The translations under genes and the position numbers were made by a program. A stretch of 64,000 bases of DNA from an uncultured Lewinella sp. (GTDB taxonomy: Bacteria; Bacteroidota; Bacteroidia; Chitinophagales; Saprospiraceae): assembly GCA_963668285.1 (NCBI GenBank), contig OY764630.1, positions 2,232-66,231 of the forward strand, in the 5' to 3' direction. Below the pieces are notes generated by a model. It saw nothing but the letters and a program-made list of their open reading frames with translations. It was not told the origin of the DNA and did not search any database. Positions 9,273 to 18,348 of this stretch are shown in pieces; position 1 is the first letter of the stretch; each line of letters opens with the position of its first letter.

Positions 9273-10955
9273 ATGAAGAAGCTGGATAAGCTGGTAATGA
9301 AGCAATTTATTGGTCCCTTTCTGGTGACCTTTAGTATTGCCATGTTCGTTCTGATCATGCAGGCGCTCTGGCAGTATCTGGAACGGATCGCCGGTAAGGG
9401 CCTCAGCTTCTTTACCGTGATCGAGTTGCTGAGTTACAAGTGCGTCGGCCTGGTGCCACTCGCCCTTCCACTCGGTCTGCTGATCTCGTCGGTGATGGTC
9501 CTCGGGGGCATGGCGGAACACTATGAGCTTTCCAGCATCAAATCGACGGGTACGAGCCTGCTACGCGTGATGCGCTCGCTGATCATCGTGGGTATAGGCT
9601 GTACGGCGGTCAGCTTCCTGGTATCCGATTACGTGATTCCGGCGGCCAATCTGCAGTTCGGGGCGCGGATGTACGACATCAACCAGAAGAAGCCGACGCT
9701 GAATATGGAGCCGGGGTCGTTTAATACGGACTTCGACCAGTTCGCTATCCGCTTAGGTGAAAGGGATACGGACGGGCGGCACATCGGCAACGTACTCATC
9801 TACGACCACACCCGCGCTACGACCGGCAACCTCGGGCAGATCACCGCCCGCAACGGGGAGATGTATTCGACGCCGGACGGGCAGGCCCTGATCATGGAAT
9901 TGAACGAGGGGGTGCAGTACTCCGAACGGCGGCCGACCGGAAAGAACCGCAAATCGCTACCGTTCATCCGCACGAAGTTCGATCGGTACATCAAGGTCTT
10001 CGATCTTTCGCAGTTCAACCTGGGCGTAACGGACGTGAGCCTTTTCGAAACCAATCGCTCGATGCTCGCCAGTTGGCAACTACAGCGGGGGGTGGACAGT
10101 ATCGAGACGGACATCGCCATCAGGAAACAAAAGATCAGTAACCAGACCGTTAGCTACCTGAAGCTTCTGCGTAAGGATACGGTCGTCTACCGGGAGAACG
10201 CCCCGCCGGAGTTCGATAACTCGGCTAAAGACCCACGGCTGTACATGGAGCGAGATACCGCAGCTTCGGCGGATACGAGCTTTTCGGCGGATCGAGCGGC
10301 CGACGTACCGGTACGGCCCAGTGTACTGCCTAAACTGGCTAGCGCCGACGAGGAGGAGGAACGAGAATTAGCCGAACGGGTCGCCGAGAAAAACGCGCGT
10401 AATCGGGCCAAAGCGCAGTTACATCCCCTGGTGGTTGCCGCCCGGGACTGGCCGGGCCTGGATACGGCTTTAGTGGAACTGAAGCCAGAAACACGGCGCC
10501 GGATATTGAATAGGGCACGGTCGGGCACCCGCGCCGTCGTCAGTCAGGCATCCTCGATCGGTAGGTTACTACCCGGTATTTACGAGACGCGGGTCAAGTA
10601 CGTCTACGACCGGCACATGAAGTTCAGCATGGCCGTGGTGTGCATCATCTTCGTATTTATCGGAGCGCCAATGGGGGCGATCGTGCGTAAGGGGGGCTTT
10701 GGCTTTCCCATCCTCGTGAGTATAATTTTCTTCGTCATCTTCATCATCCTTACGATCATGTGCCGGAAGTTGGCGGAGAGCTTCGTCGTTAGTGCCGCCT
10801 TTGCCGGCTGGTTACCCTGCATCATCTTATTTCCGGTAAGTCTGTGGATCACCTCGCGGGCGATGAAGGACGCCAAGCTGGTGGACGTCGACCGGATAAC
10901 CGGCTTCTTCAAAAAACGATTCGGTAAGGATGAGGTACCGCCGACCGTTGCGTAG
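9273..10955 (+). CDS. LptF/LptG family LPS export permease
   Basis: MKKLD..FIGPF N-terminus, LALPLGLL, ELSSIKSTGTSL, and C-terminal FIGAPMGAIVRKGG; 3+3 TM layout. Confidence 0.92.
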   Translation: MKKLDKLVMKQFIGPFLVTFSIAMFVLIMQALWQYLERIAGKGLSFFTVIELLSYKCVGLVPLALPLGLLISSVMVLGGMAEHYELSSIKSTGTSLLRVMRSLIIVGIGCTAVSFLVSDYVIPAANLQFGARMYDINQKKPTLNMEPGSFNTDFDQFAIRLGERDTDGRHIGNVLIYDHTRATTGNLGQITARNGEMYSTPDGQALIMELNEGVQYSERRPTGKNRKSLPFIRTKFDRYIKVFDLSQFNLGVTDVSLFETNRSMLASWQLQRGVDSIETDIAIRKQKISNQTVSYLKLLRKDTVVYRENAPPEFDNSAKDPRLYMERDTAASADTSFSADRAADVPVRPSVLPKLASADEEEERELAERVAEKNARNRAKAQLHPLVVAARDWPGLDTALVELKPETRRRILNRARSGTRAVVSQASSIGRLLPGIYETRVKYVYDRHMKFSMAVVCIIFVFIGAPMGAIVRKGGFGFPILVSIIFFVIFIILTIMCRKLAESFVVSAAFAGWLPCIILFPVSLWITSRAMKDAKLVDVDRITGFFKKRFGKDEVPPTVA

Positions 10956-11035
10956 CGTTCCGTAGGTTTGGGGGAAGAATAAAGCTTGAGCCTATCGCAG
11001 TCGTTGCACGTCCTTTCGCGGAGCGTTCGTTCCCG

Positions 11036-11740
11036 TTGTTCCTTCGGCGGAACGTCCTTTTTATCGGGGTGACGATTCTACTGGTCGCCTGTAATCTGTA
11101 CTTGCTGTCCACCTCCCAGCAGGGGGACGCCCTGATTGCTATCAACGGACTGCGAAGTACTTATTTCGACTACTTCTTCAAAGTCGGCACGCGCTTCGGG
11201 GAGCCCGTCGCCTACGCGGGGGTGATCGCCATCGTGAGTGCCTTTAGCTACCGGCGGGCGCTCTTCGTGGTGGGTACGGGCGCGCTGGCGGGGATCCTGG
11301 CGGGCGTGTTCAAGCTCATCTTCGCCCAACCGCGGCCGCTGCGGTGGTTCTTCGACAACTTCGAGCCGGTATGGCATACGCTGAACCACTTCGAGGAGGA
11401 CTGGCGGAGTTGGGACGAAACGGGCAGTTTCCCCAGCGGGCATACCGCCTCGGCTTTTGCGCTGTATGCATTTCTGGCCTTCAACGCGCGAACGGGTAAG
11501 GTACCGATTACGCTCTTCTGCCTGGCCCTGGCCGCGATGGTCGGTTTTAGCCGGATGTACCTGCTTTACCACTTCCTGCGGGACGTTACCGCCGGGGCAT
11601 TTTTGGGCCTGCTGGTCGCAATGCTGGGCTACTACGCGCAAGGGCGAATATTTCAGCATTGGCCCGCACTGGACCGGGGTTGGGGCGATCGCTTTCGTAC
11701 CTTGCCGCCCGTTACCGATCGGGTCGATCCGCCCGCTTAA
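11036..11740 (+). CDS. PAP2 family membrane phosphatase
   Basis: Motifs K..FAQPRP, SFPSGH and SRMYLLYH...DV. Start is uncertain (TTG). Confidence 0.88.
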   Translation: MFLRRNVLFIGVTILLVACNLYLLSTSQQGDALIAINGLRSTYFDYFFKVGTRFGEPVAYAGVIAIVSAFSYRRALFVVGTGALAGILAGVFKLIFAQPRPLRWFFDNFEPVWHTLNHFEEDWRSWDETGSFPSGHTASAFALYAFLAFNARTGKVPITLFCLALAAMVGFSRMYLLYHFLRDVTAGAFLGLLVAMLGYYAQGRIFQHWPALDRGWGDRFRTLPPVTDRVDPPA

Positions 11741-11749
11741 TGCCTAGCT

Positions 11750-12958
11750 ATGCCCTACCCTACCATCGCCGTAATTCGAGAAGGAAAAGTACCCCCCGAT
11801 AGCCGCGCCCCGCTTACGCCCAAGCAGGTGGCTAAACTGCGTGAGGAAGGGGTGGATGTAGTCGTCCAACCAAGCCCGGGGCGGGTATTCACCGACGACG
11901 AGTACGCGGAGCTCGGGGTTCCGGTGGTGGAAGATATCAGCGACCGCGAACTGTTACTGGGGGTGAAGGAGGTACCGGTGAATCACCTTATCCCGGGCAA
12001 GACTTATTGCTTTTTCGCGCACGTAGCCAAGGAACAGCCCTATAACCAACCGCTCCTACGGGCACTGTTGGACAAGGGTATACGGATGATCGACTACGAG
12101 TACCTGACCGATGAAGAAGGCCGGCGGATGATTGCCTTCGGTTACTGGGCGGGTATGGTCGGGGCCCACAATGCGATGTGGACCTACGCACAGCGGACCG
12201 GTAAGTTTATGATCCCGCGGCTCAAGGATTTGTTCGACTACGAGGCGGCCAAGCGGCACTATAAGTCAATATCTAATTTGCCGCCGGTGCGGGTCGTGCT
12301 AACGGGTACCGGTCGGGTTGGTAAGGGCGCCGCCCGGGTATTGACCGACATGGGGCTGAGGGAGGTGTCCCCAGAAGAATACCTGGCGGGAGAAGGCACC
12401 AGCGTATTTACGCAGCTACGCGTGCAGGATTACGCCCGGCGACCGGACGGGGCCGCCTTCAAAAAGGGAGAGTACTACGCCGACGGTGGCGCCTTCGAGA
12501 GTGACTTTCGCAAGTTCGCAGAAGTTTCCGACGTATTCGTCAACGGTATTTTTTGGGACGGGAAGGCACCCGCCTTCTTTACCGCCGAGGAGATGCGCGA
12601 TCCTGCCTTCCGCATCCGGACGATCGGAGACATTACCTGCGATATCGCCCCCGCCGCCAGCGTTCCTTCTACGCTGTATGCTTCTACGATTGCCGAGCCG
12701 GTGTTCGGTTACGACCCGGCAAGCGGGAAGGAGGTGGAACCCTACGGGGAAGGGGTAGTCGACGTGATGTCGATCGACAACTTACCGAGTGAGTTGCCGC
12801 GGGATGCCAGCCGGGCATTTGGCAAGGTGTTCGTTAAGCGCATCTTGCCGGAGTTTGGGGAGGAGGAGTCGTGGGTTTTGGCGCGGGGGACGATTACTGA
12901 GGGTGGGGAGTTAGGTAAGTACTTCCGGTATTTGAAGGACTATGCCAGCGGTAGCTGA
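11750..12958 (+). CDS. AlaDh/PNT-family NAD(P)-dependent oxidoreductase (saccharopine dehydrogenase/lysine-ketoglutarate reductase-like)
   Basis: REGKVPPDSRAPLTP, GVKEVP, IDYEYL, GTGRVGKGA, DITCD, SIDNLPSELPRDAS. Confidence 0.85.
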   Translation: MPYPTIAVIREGKVPPDSRAPLTPKQVAKLREEGVDVVVQPSPGRVFTDDEYAELGVPVVEDISDRELLLGVKEVPVNHLIPGKTYCFFAHVAKEQPYNQPLLRALLDKGIRMIDYEYLTDEEGRRMIAFGYWAGMVGAHNAMWTYAQRTGKFMIPRLKDLFDYEAAKRHYKSISNLPPVRVVLTGTGRVGKGAARVLTDMGLREVSPEEYLAGEGTSVFTQLRVQDYARRPDGAAFKKGEYYADGGAFESDFRKFAEVSDVFVNGIFWDGKAPAFFTAEEMRDPAFRIRTIGDITCDIAPAASVPSTLYASTIAEPVFGYDPASGKEVEPYGEGVVDVMSIDNLPSELPRDASRAFGKVFVKRILPEFGEEESWVLARGTITEGGELGKYFRYLKDYASGS

Positions 12959-13002
12959 TACACCCGCGTCGGTGGTTTAATGATTGGGGACGCTTCAACC
13001 TT

Positions 13003-13866
13003 TCATTCTTTATGACAGATCCGATACACCCCACCCTTTCGAAACCAGGTAAGTTGCCGCTTGGCGTACCGCCGGCTGTTGCGTTTGATCAGCTCTACTG
13101 TTCTTTCCCGAGCGTGTTCACCGGCGAAGTACGGCCACCACTCCTGGTAGCCGACGGTTTGTAGCACGGGTAGTTCTTGGTACTCGCTTAGTGTTTGAGC
13201 TTCGGCTTCCAGTCCTTCCCGTAGCATGGTTTCTACCCGCTGGTTGATGCGTTCGTAGAGGGCGTTGCGATCAACGGCGGGCATTAGGTAGACGGGCTCA
13301 AATGGGCGTTCGGGGCGGTTACCCAGGAAGCTGGAGTACGGCTTGCCGGCGGAGATACTTACCTCGAGGGCGCGTTGTAGGCGGCGGGGGTTCTGGCGGT
13401 CTACCACTTTGTAGTAAGTGGGGTCCAGTTGTCGGAGCTTGGTCGTCAGCCCCGTCAAACCTTGCTTTTCCCAAATACCTTGCACCTGCGTCCTCGCAAA
13501 ATCAGTCACGTCGGGGAATTTATCCAGGCCTTCGCACAGCGCGCGCAGGTAGAGGCCGCTGCCACCCACCAAAACTAAGTGTTCCGCGCCGGCGAAACGA
13601 TCATTGAATAGTCGTAGCGCCTCGGCGGCAAAACGACCGGCCGAGAGCGGGGCGCGTAGGCCGCGGTCGGCGATGAAATGGTGGGGGACTGCAGCCAACT
13701 CCTCCTCACTGGGGCGGGCGTTACCGATGCGCATCTCCCGGTAAAACTGGCGGCTATCACCGCTGATGATCTCCGTGCCGTAGCGCCGGGCGAGCTCGAT
13801 GGCCAGGCGCGTTTTACCGCTTGCCGTCGGGCCACCCACTACCAGCAACTTCGTTTTGTGCGGCAT
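13003..13866 (-). CDS. miaA: tRNA dimethylallyltransferase
   Basis: GPTASGKT, ISGDSRQFY, VGGSGLY, NPRRLQRALEV, SRRYAKRQLTWF. Confidence 0.96.
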   Translation of the reverse strand: MPHKTKLLVVGGPTASGKTRLAIELARRYGTEIISGDSRQFYREMRIGNARPSEEELAAVPHHFIADRGLRAPLSAGRFAAEALRLFNDRFAGAEHLVLVGGSGLYLRALCEGLDKFPDVTDFARTQVQGIWEKQGLTGLTTKLRQLDPTYYKVVDRQNPRRLQRALEVSISAGKPYSSFLGNRPERPFEPVYLMPAVDRNALYERINQRVETMLREGLEAEAQTLSEYQELPVLQTVGYQEWWPYFAGEHARERTVELIKRNSRRYAKRQLTWFRKGGVYRICHKE

Positions 13867-14648
13867 TAACCCACCGGTTCGAGAATGCCTTCGACGAAGC
13901 GGCGGGTTACGGCGGCTACGTCGTCCTGACCTTTCAGCGCTCTGATGAAGGCGCTGCCGATGATGGCACCGTTAGCGTAGCGACAGGCCGTGCGGAAGGA
14001 TTTGGCATCACTGATGCCGAAGCCAATCAGGCGGGGCTGTTTAAGTCCCATCCCGGCAATCCTGGCGAAGTAGGCTTCCTGCTCCGCGGTGATCTCTCCG
14101 CTCTTACCCGTGATGCTGCTGCTGCTTACGACGTAAATGAAACCGGTAGACAGCTCGCCGATCTTGCGGATGCGCGCTTCGGGGGTCTGGGGCGTGATGA
14201 GGAAAGTAACCTGCATATCGTGCTCCTCAGCTAACGAACGGAACTCCGCTTCGTACTCGTAAACGGGCAGATCGGGGAGGATCAGGCCGTCTGCTCCGGC
14301 ATCCCGAGCTGCCTTGACGAAGCGTTCGGAGCCGTATTGCATGACCTGGTTGTAGTAGCCCATGAGTACGATCGGCACCTGGGTGTGCCTGCGGGCTTCG
14401 CGTACCTGCTCAAAAAGCCCGTCCAAGGTAAAGCCGTTCTTGAGGGCCTGCATGCTGGATTGCTGGATGGTCTCGCCGTCCGCCATCGGGTCGGAATAAG
14501 GGAGGCCGAGCTCGATCAGGTCGACGCCGCTGTCGGCCAGCTCGCGAATGATGGTGACGGTATCACCCAGGCGGGGGAAGCCGGCGGTGAAGTAGACGTT
14601 GAGCAGGTCGCGGTCTTTTTCGGCGAAGAGGCGGGTAAGTCTATTCAT
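13866..14648 (-). CDS. trpA: Tryptophan synthase alpha chain
   Basis: YFTAGFP, IELGLPYSDPMADGETIQ, LPDLP, IGFGIS, GAIIGSAF. Confidence 0.97.
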   Translation of the reverse strand: MNRLTRLFAEKDRDLLNVYFTAGFPRLGDTVTIIRELADSGVDLIELGLPYSDPMADGETIQQSSMQALKNGFTLDGLFEQVREARRHTQVPIVLMGYYNQVMQYGSERFVKAARDAGADGLILPDLPVYEYEAEFRSLAEEHDMQVTFLITPQTPEARIRKIGELSTGFIYVVSSSSITGKSGEITAEQEAYFARIAGMGLKQPRLIGFGISDAKSFRTACRYANGAIIGSAFIRALKGQDDVAAVTRRFVEGILEPVG

Positions 14649-15849
14649 TGGGCGAAACGCGTTCGAGGTATTCGGTGAAGGCGGCGAGGTCTTTATCCCC
14701 CCGGCCGCTGAGACAAACGACGATCACGTCATCGGGGCCGTACTGCATGGTGTGCAGGGCGGCAAAGGCGTGGGCGGTTTCGAGGGCGGGGATGATGCCT
14801 TCGGTCCGCGACAGGAAGAGAGCGGCTTCGAGGGCGGCTTCGTCGGTTACGGCAATCGCCTCGGCGCGGCCGCTGGCAATCAGGTGCGCGTGCATGGGGC
14901 CGATGCCGGGGTAATCGAGGCCGGCGGAAATGCTGTAGGGCTCCACGATCTGGCCATCCTCGGTTTGCATCAACAGCGTGCGGGAGCCGTGGATGATGCC
15001 TTCGGTGCCCAGTACGGAAGTGGCGGCGGATTCGCCGCTGTCGACGCCAAGCCCGGCTGCTTCTACGGCTATGAGGCGTACGCGGCGATCGTTGAGGTAG
15101 TGATAATAGGCACCGGCCGCGTTAGAGCCACCCCCTACGCAAGCCACGACGGCGTCCGGATAATCGCGGCCTTCCTTTTCCCGTAACTGCCACTTCGTTT
15201 CTTCCGAAATTATGGACTGAAAGCGGGCCACCATATCCGGGTAGGGGTGCGGGCCGACGACGGAGCCGATGATGTAGTGCGTATCCTCCGGGTTATTGAT
15301 CCAGTCGCGGATGGCTTCGTTGGTCGCATCTTTCAATGTACGCGAGCCGCTTTTGGCCGGGCGCACCTCCGCGCCGAGCATCTTCATCCGGGCTACGTTG
15401 GGGGCTTGGCGGGCGATGTCTACCTCACCCATGTATACGATGCACTTCAGCCCGACGAGCGCACAGACGGTTGCCGTGGCTACGCCGTGCTGTCCGGCGC
15501 CGGTTTCGGCGATGATGCGTCGTTTACCGAGCCGTTGGGCGATCAGGATCTGCCCGATCGTGTTGTTGATCTTATGCGCGCCGGTATGGTTGAGGTCTTC
15601 CCGCTTCAGGTAGATCTTGGTATTGAAGTGCTCACTGAGGCGCTTAGCGTGGTAGAGGGGGGTGGGGCGGCCGACGTAGTCTTTGAGCAGGGCGGCGAAC
15701 TCTTCCTGGAAGGCGGGCTCGGCGGCCAGCTCGCGGTAGGTGTTGCGCAATTCCTCTACGTTGGGGAAAAGCATTTCGGGGATGTAGGCACCGCCGAACT
15801 TGCCGTAGTAGCCGCGTTCATCTACGTCTATGTGGGGATGTTTCGTCAT
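14641..15849 (-). CDS. trpB: Tryptophan synthase beta chain
   Basis: GYYGKFGG, LKREDLNHTGAHKINN, AETGAGQHG, SISAGLDYPG, LSGRGDKD. The true start is likely the ATG at 15849; the longer track ORF reads through a repeat. Confidence 0.97.
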   Translation of the reverse strand: MTKHPHIDVDERGYYGKFGGAYIPEMLFPNVEELRNTYRELAAEPAFQEEFAALLKDYVGRPTPLYHAKRLSEHFNTKIYLKREDLNHTGAHKINNTIGQILIAQRLGKRRIIAETGAGQHGVATATVCALVGLKCIVYMGEVDIARQAPNVARMKMLGAEVRPAKSGSRTLKDATNEAIRDWINNPEDTHYIIGSVVGPHPYPDMVARFQSIISEETKWQLREKEGRDYPDAVVACVGGGSNAAGAYYHYLNDRRVRLIAVEAAGLGVDSGESAATSVLGTEGIIHGSRTLLMQTEDGQIVEPYSISAGLDYPGIGPMHAHLIASGRAEAIAVTDEAALEAALFLSRTEGIIPALETAHAFAALHTMQYGPDDVIVVCLSGRGDKDLAAFTEYLERVSPNE

Positions 15850-15888
15850 GGTATTAGTTGGTGTGCTGCTTGGCTTTGGCTTTGTTTT

Positions 15889-15992
15889 TGTTTCGTACGG
15901 AGGAAAACGGAGAGGCGGAGGAAAACGGAGTGTTGGAGGTATTGCATCTTCTCCGTCTTTCTCCGCTCCTCCGTCTAACTCCGTACGAAACA
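15889..15992. repeat. Palindromic REP/REPIN-like element, copy 2
   Basis: Arms tgtttcgtacggaggaaaacggagaggcggaggaaaacggag and ctccgtctttctccgctcctccgtctaactccgtacgaaaca. Shares gtttcgtacggaggaaaacgg with copy 1. Confidence 0.87.
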
Positions 15993-16026
15993 GTATCGCA
16001 GGAAGCAGGTTAATAAGCAAAATTAA

Positions 16027-16629
16027 TTAAATCGGGACGGGGGACTTCGTCCGCGCGCGAGCAAAGTCAAGTAAATTCTTGATCATCAACCGACCGTGCT
16101 CCGTCATAATACTTTCGGGGTGAAACTGCACGCCAAAGATAGGCAGCTCCCTGTGGCGCATCGCCATTACACCGCCATATTCGCCGGTGGCGGTCGGGAT
16201 GAGTACATCGGGTAACGTCTTGGGGTCAACTACCCAGCTGTGGTAGCGGCCGGCATTAAACCGAGTGGGCACGCCCTTGAGGATCACGTCGTCATCAACC
16301 GTGCGCGTCATGGTGGTTTCAATGCCGTGATGCACCTGCTCCAGATTAACGAGTTTACCCCCGTAAGCTTCGCCGATGGCCTGATGGCCGAGGCATACGC
16401 CGAAGATGATCTTCGATTCCGCGTAGCGCCGGATCAACGCCGGCATGATGCCAGCCTCTTCCGGAATGCCGGGGCCGGGGGAGAGAATGATCAGATCGTA
16501 CTCCCCCACCCCATCCAGGTCGATCTCATCGTTGCGAAATACGTCAATGGAATCCTCCAGCTCTTCCTCGACGTACTGAACGAGGTTATAAGCAAAGGAG
16601 TCGTAGTTGTCGAGAAGTAGTATTTTCAA
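16027..16629 (-). CDS. trpG: Anthranilate synthase component II (glutamine amidotransferase)
   Basis: LDNYDSF, SPGPG, GVCLGHQ, RYHSW, GVQFHPES. TTG start. Confidence 0.95.
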   Translation of the reverse strand: MKILLLDNYDSFAYNLVQYVEEELEDSIDVFRNDEIDLDGVGEYDLIILSPGPGIPEEAGIMPALIRRYAESKIIFGVCLGHQAIGEAYGGKLVNLEQVHHGIETTMTRTVDDDVILKGVPTRFNAGRYHSWVVDPKTLPDVLIPTATGEYGGVMAMRHRELPIFGVQFHPESIMTEHGRLMIKNLLDFARARTKSPVPI

Positions 16630-16690
16630 AATAAGAAAATTTTGGATGAGTAATAAAGGTACGTTGACTATTAGATCATGGCGGTGCTGA

Positions 16691-18124
16691 CTAGATCAAC
16701 TCAAGACCTTCCGCCTTCCCCAGTGCCTTGGTCAGTGCCCCTAGTTTGTTGTAGACTTCCTGGCACTCGCTCTCCTCCTCGGAGGCGGCCACCACGCCGG
16801 CACCCGCCTGGTAATACAGGGTGTTATCCTGGCTGAAGAAGGAGCGGATGAGGATGGCCTGGTTCATCCCCCCAGCAAAGTTGATGATGCCGATGGCACC
16901 GCCGTAGAACCCGCGCTGCTGGTTCTCGTATTCGCCGATCAGCTCCATGGCCCGGTACTTCGGTGCCCCGGATAGCGTGCCGGCGGGAAAGGTATCGCCG
17001 AAGATGCGGACGGTTTGGTCGGTCGCACCCAACTCCCCCTCGACGGTCGACACCAGGTGGATCACGTGGCTATAGTAGTGGACTTCCCGCAAGCTTTTCA
17101 CCTGCACGCGTTTCGTATGCCGGCTCAGATCGTTGCGGGCCAGGTCGACGAGCATTACGTGTTCCGCGTTTTCTTTCGGGTCCGCTAACAGGCGTTCCGT
17201 AGCGGCGGCGTCCTGTGCCTTGTCGCCGGTTCGGCGGTAAGTACCCGCAATGGGGTTGACCCGGGCGATCCCGTCCTTGATCACCATCTGGCTCTCGGGG
17301 CTGGAACCCATGATCCGGTAATCACCGTAATCGAAGTAGAACAGGTAGGGCGACGGGTTGATGCTGCGCAGCGCGCGGTACACCTGAAATTCGTCCCCGC
17401 GAAAGGATTGTCGAAACTGGCGGCTAAGCACGATCTGAAATACATCGCCCCGCCGGCAGTGGTACTTGCCTTTGCTCACCAGTTCTTTGTATTCCGAGTC
17501 CGTCAGGTTCGAGCTTTCTTCCCCGTGGCGGGTAAAGGGGTGCACTCCCCCACCCCGGCGGATGGCGGCGGTCACGCGATCGAACTGACTCGTCGACCCC
17601 TCCGGCAGGTTCTCTATGAGGAGCAACTCATCCCGATAGTGGTGAAAGACGAGCACGAAGCGGTAGAAATGGTAACGAATGTCCGGCGCGCGTAAGACCT
17701 TCTTATTGTTGAATTTAAGCGTATCGAAGTACTGCACCCCCTCGAAGTTCGTGTGCCCGATCAGGCCGTTGAAATCCCGGATGAAAGGATCCACATCGTC
17801 CGTAGTCAACTCGAAGCTCTGTAAAAAAGCCTGTAAGTGGTCGCTGACGAAGTTGGGGTCCTCGGTCACTTTTTCGCTGTGTACCGTCTGCCGCACTTTC
17901 CGACGCAAGCTCCCATCCGCCACCTGAAAGGAGGCCAACGTTTCGAGTCCGATCACGGAGTAGTAGTGCTCGTTATCCCGTGATTCGTTGGATTCCAGCA
18001 ACACCGGGTCGGTGAAGTCATCCCGCAGTGCCAGATAGAGTAGTACGGGCGTTAGGTGATCGGCCGTCATACGGGTGGTGCGGACTTGCACTTTAAGGGA
18101 GGTTGCGGCGAGGGTATCAGTCAC
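16691..18124 (-). CDS. trpE: Anthranilate synthase component I
   Basis: LLES, GDVFQIVLS, NPSPY, GSSPE, PIAGT, EHVMLVDLARND, FPAGTLSGAPK, QAGAGVV. Confidence 0.96.
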   Translation of the reverse strand: MTDTLAATSLKVQVRTTRMTADHLTPVLLYLALRDDFTDPVLLESNESRDNEHYYSVIGLETLASFQVADGSLRRKVRQTVHSEKVTEDPNFVSDHLQAFLQSFELTTDDVDPFIRDFNGLIGHTNFEGVQYFDTLKFNNKKVLRAPDIRYHFYRFVLVFHHYRDELLLIENLPEGSTSQFDRVTAAIRRGGGVHPFTRHGEESSNLTDSEYKELVSKGKYHCRRGDVFQIVLSRQFRQSFRGDEFQVYRALRSINPSPYLFYFDYGDYRIMGSSPESQMVIKDGIARVNPIAGTYRRTGDKAQDAAATERLLADPKENAEHVMLVDLARNDLSRHTKRVQVKSLREVHYYSHVIHLVSTVEGELGATDQTVRIFGDTFPAGTLSGAPKYRAMELIGEYENQQRGFYGGAIGIINFAGGMNQAILIRSFFSQDNTLYYQAGAGVVAASEEESECQEVYNKLGALTKALGKAEGLELI

Positions 18125-18161
18125 TTTAGTTGCTTTTGAGTCGAACGGTGCGCGTAGGGGG

Positions 18162-18196
18162 AAATAAAAAAGCCCACCGGAGCGGGTCCGACGGGC
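18162..18196 (-). terminator. trp attenuator terminator hairpin
   Basis: On the minus strand, gcccgtcgga-cccgc-tccggtgggc followed by ttttttattt, located between the leader peptide and trpE. Confidence 0.88.
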
Positions 18197-18231
18197 AATT
18201 CATTCTTTAGGGAATGCAAAACAAGGCCGCA

Positions 18232-18291
18232 TCAGGTCGCTCGGGGGAACGTACGCTGCCACCACCAAAGGTTGTTACGGGTTGCTTGCAT
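18232..18291 (-). CDS. trpL: trp operon leader peptide MQATRNNLWWWQRTFPRAT (19 aa)
   Basis: atg caa gca acc cgt aac aac ctt tgg tgg tgg cag ... acc tga. Three tandem Trp codons lie upstream of the terminator and trpE. Confidence 0.92.
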   Translation of the reverse strand: MQATRNNLWWWQRTFPRAT

Positions 18292-18295
18292 GGCG

Positions 18296-18303
18296 TGAAG
18301 GTA
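18296..18303 (-). promoter_or_regulatory. Putative -7 promoter element (TACCTTCA) 4 nt before the trpL ATG
   Basis: TACCTTCA-CGCC-ATG, the same geometry as argS and queD. Confidence 0.55.
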
Positions 18304-18348
18304 AGTTACGGAGGCGAACTGGCAAAGTAGCCGAGTACCTTACGGCGC

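Noticed and set aside
10130-10480. Long hydrophilic insertion in the LptF/G permease
   Set aside because: Extended periplasmic regions are common in Bacteroidota LptF/G proteins, so this is not clearly unusual.
2793-15992. Possible CRISPR-like periodic repeats (cggag units)
   Set aside because: There is no repeat-spacer array and no cas genes; the units are internal to two isolated palindromes.
15850-16020. Apparent N-terminal extension of TrpB
   Set aside because: It is the translation of the palindromic repeat; the TrpB-like sequence begins at the ATG at 15849.
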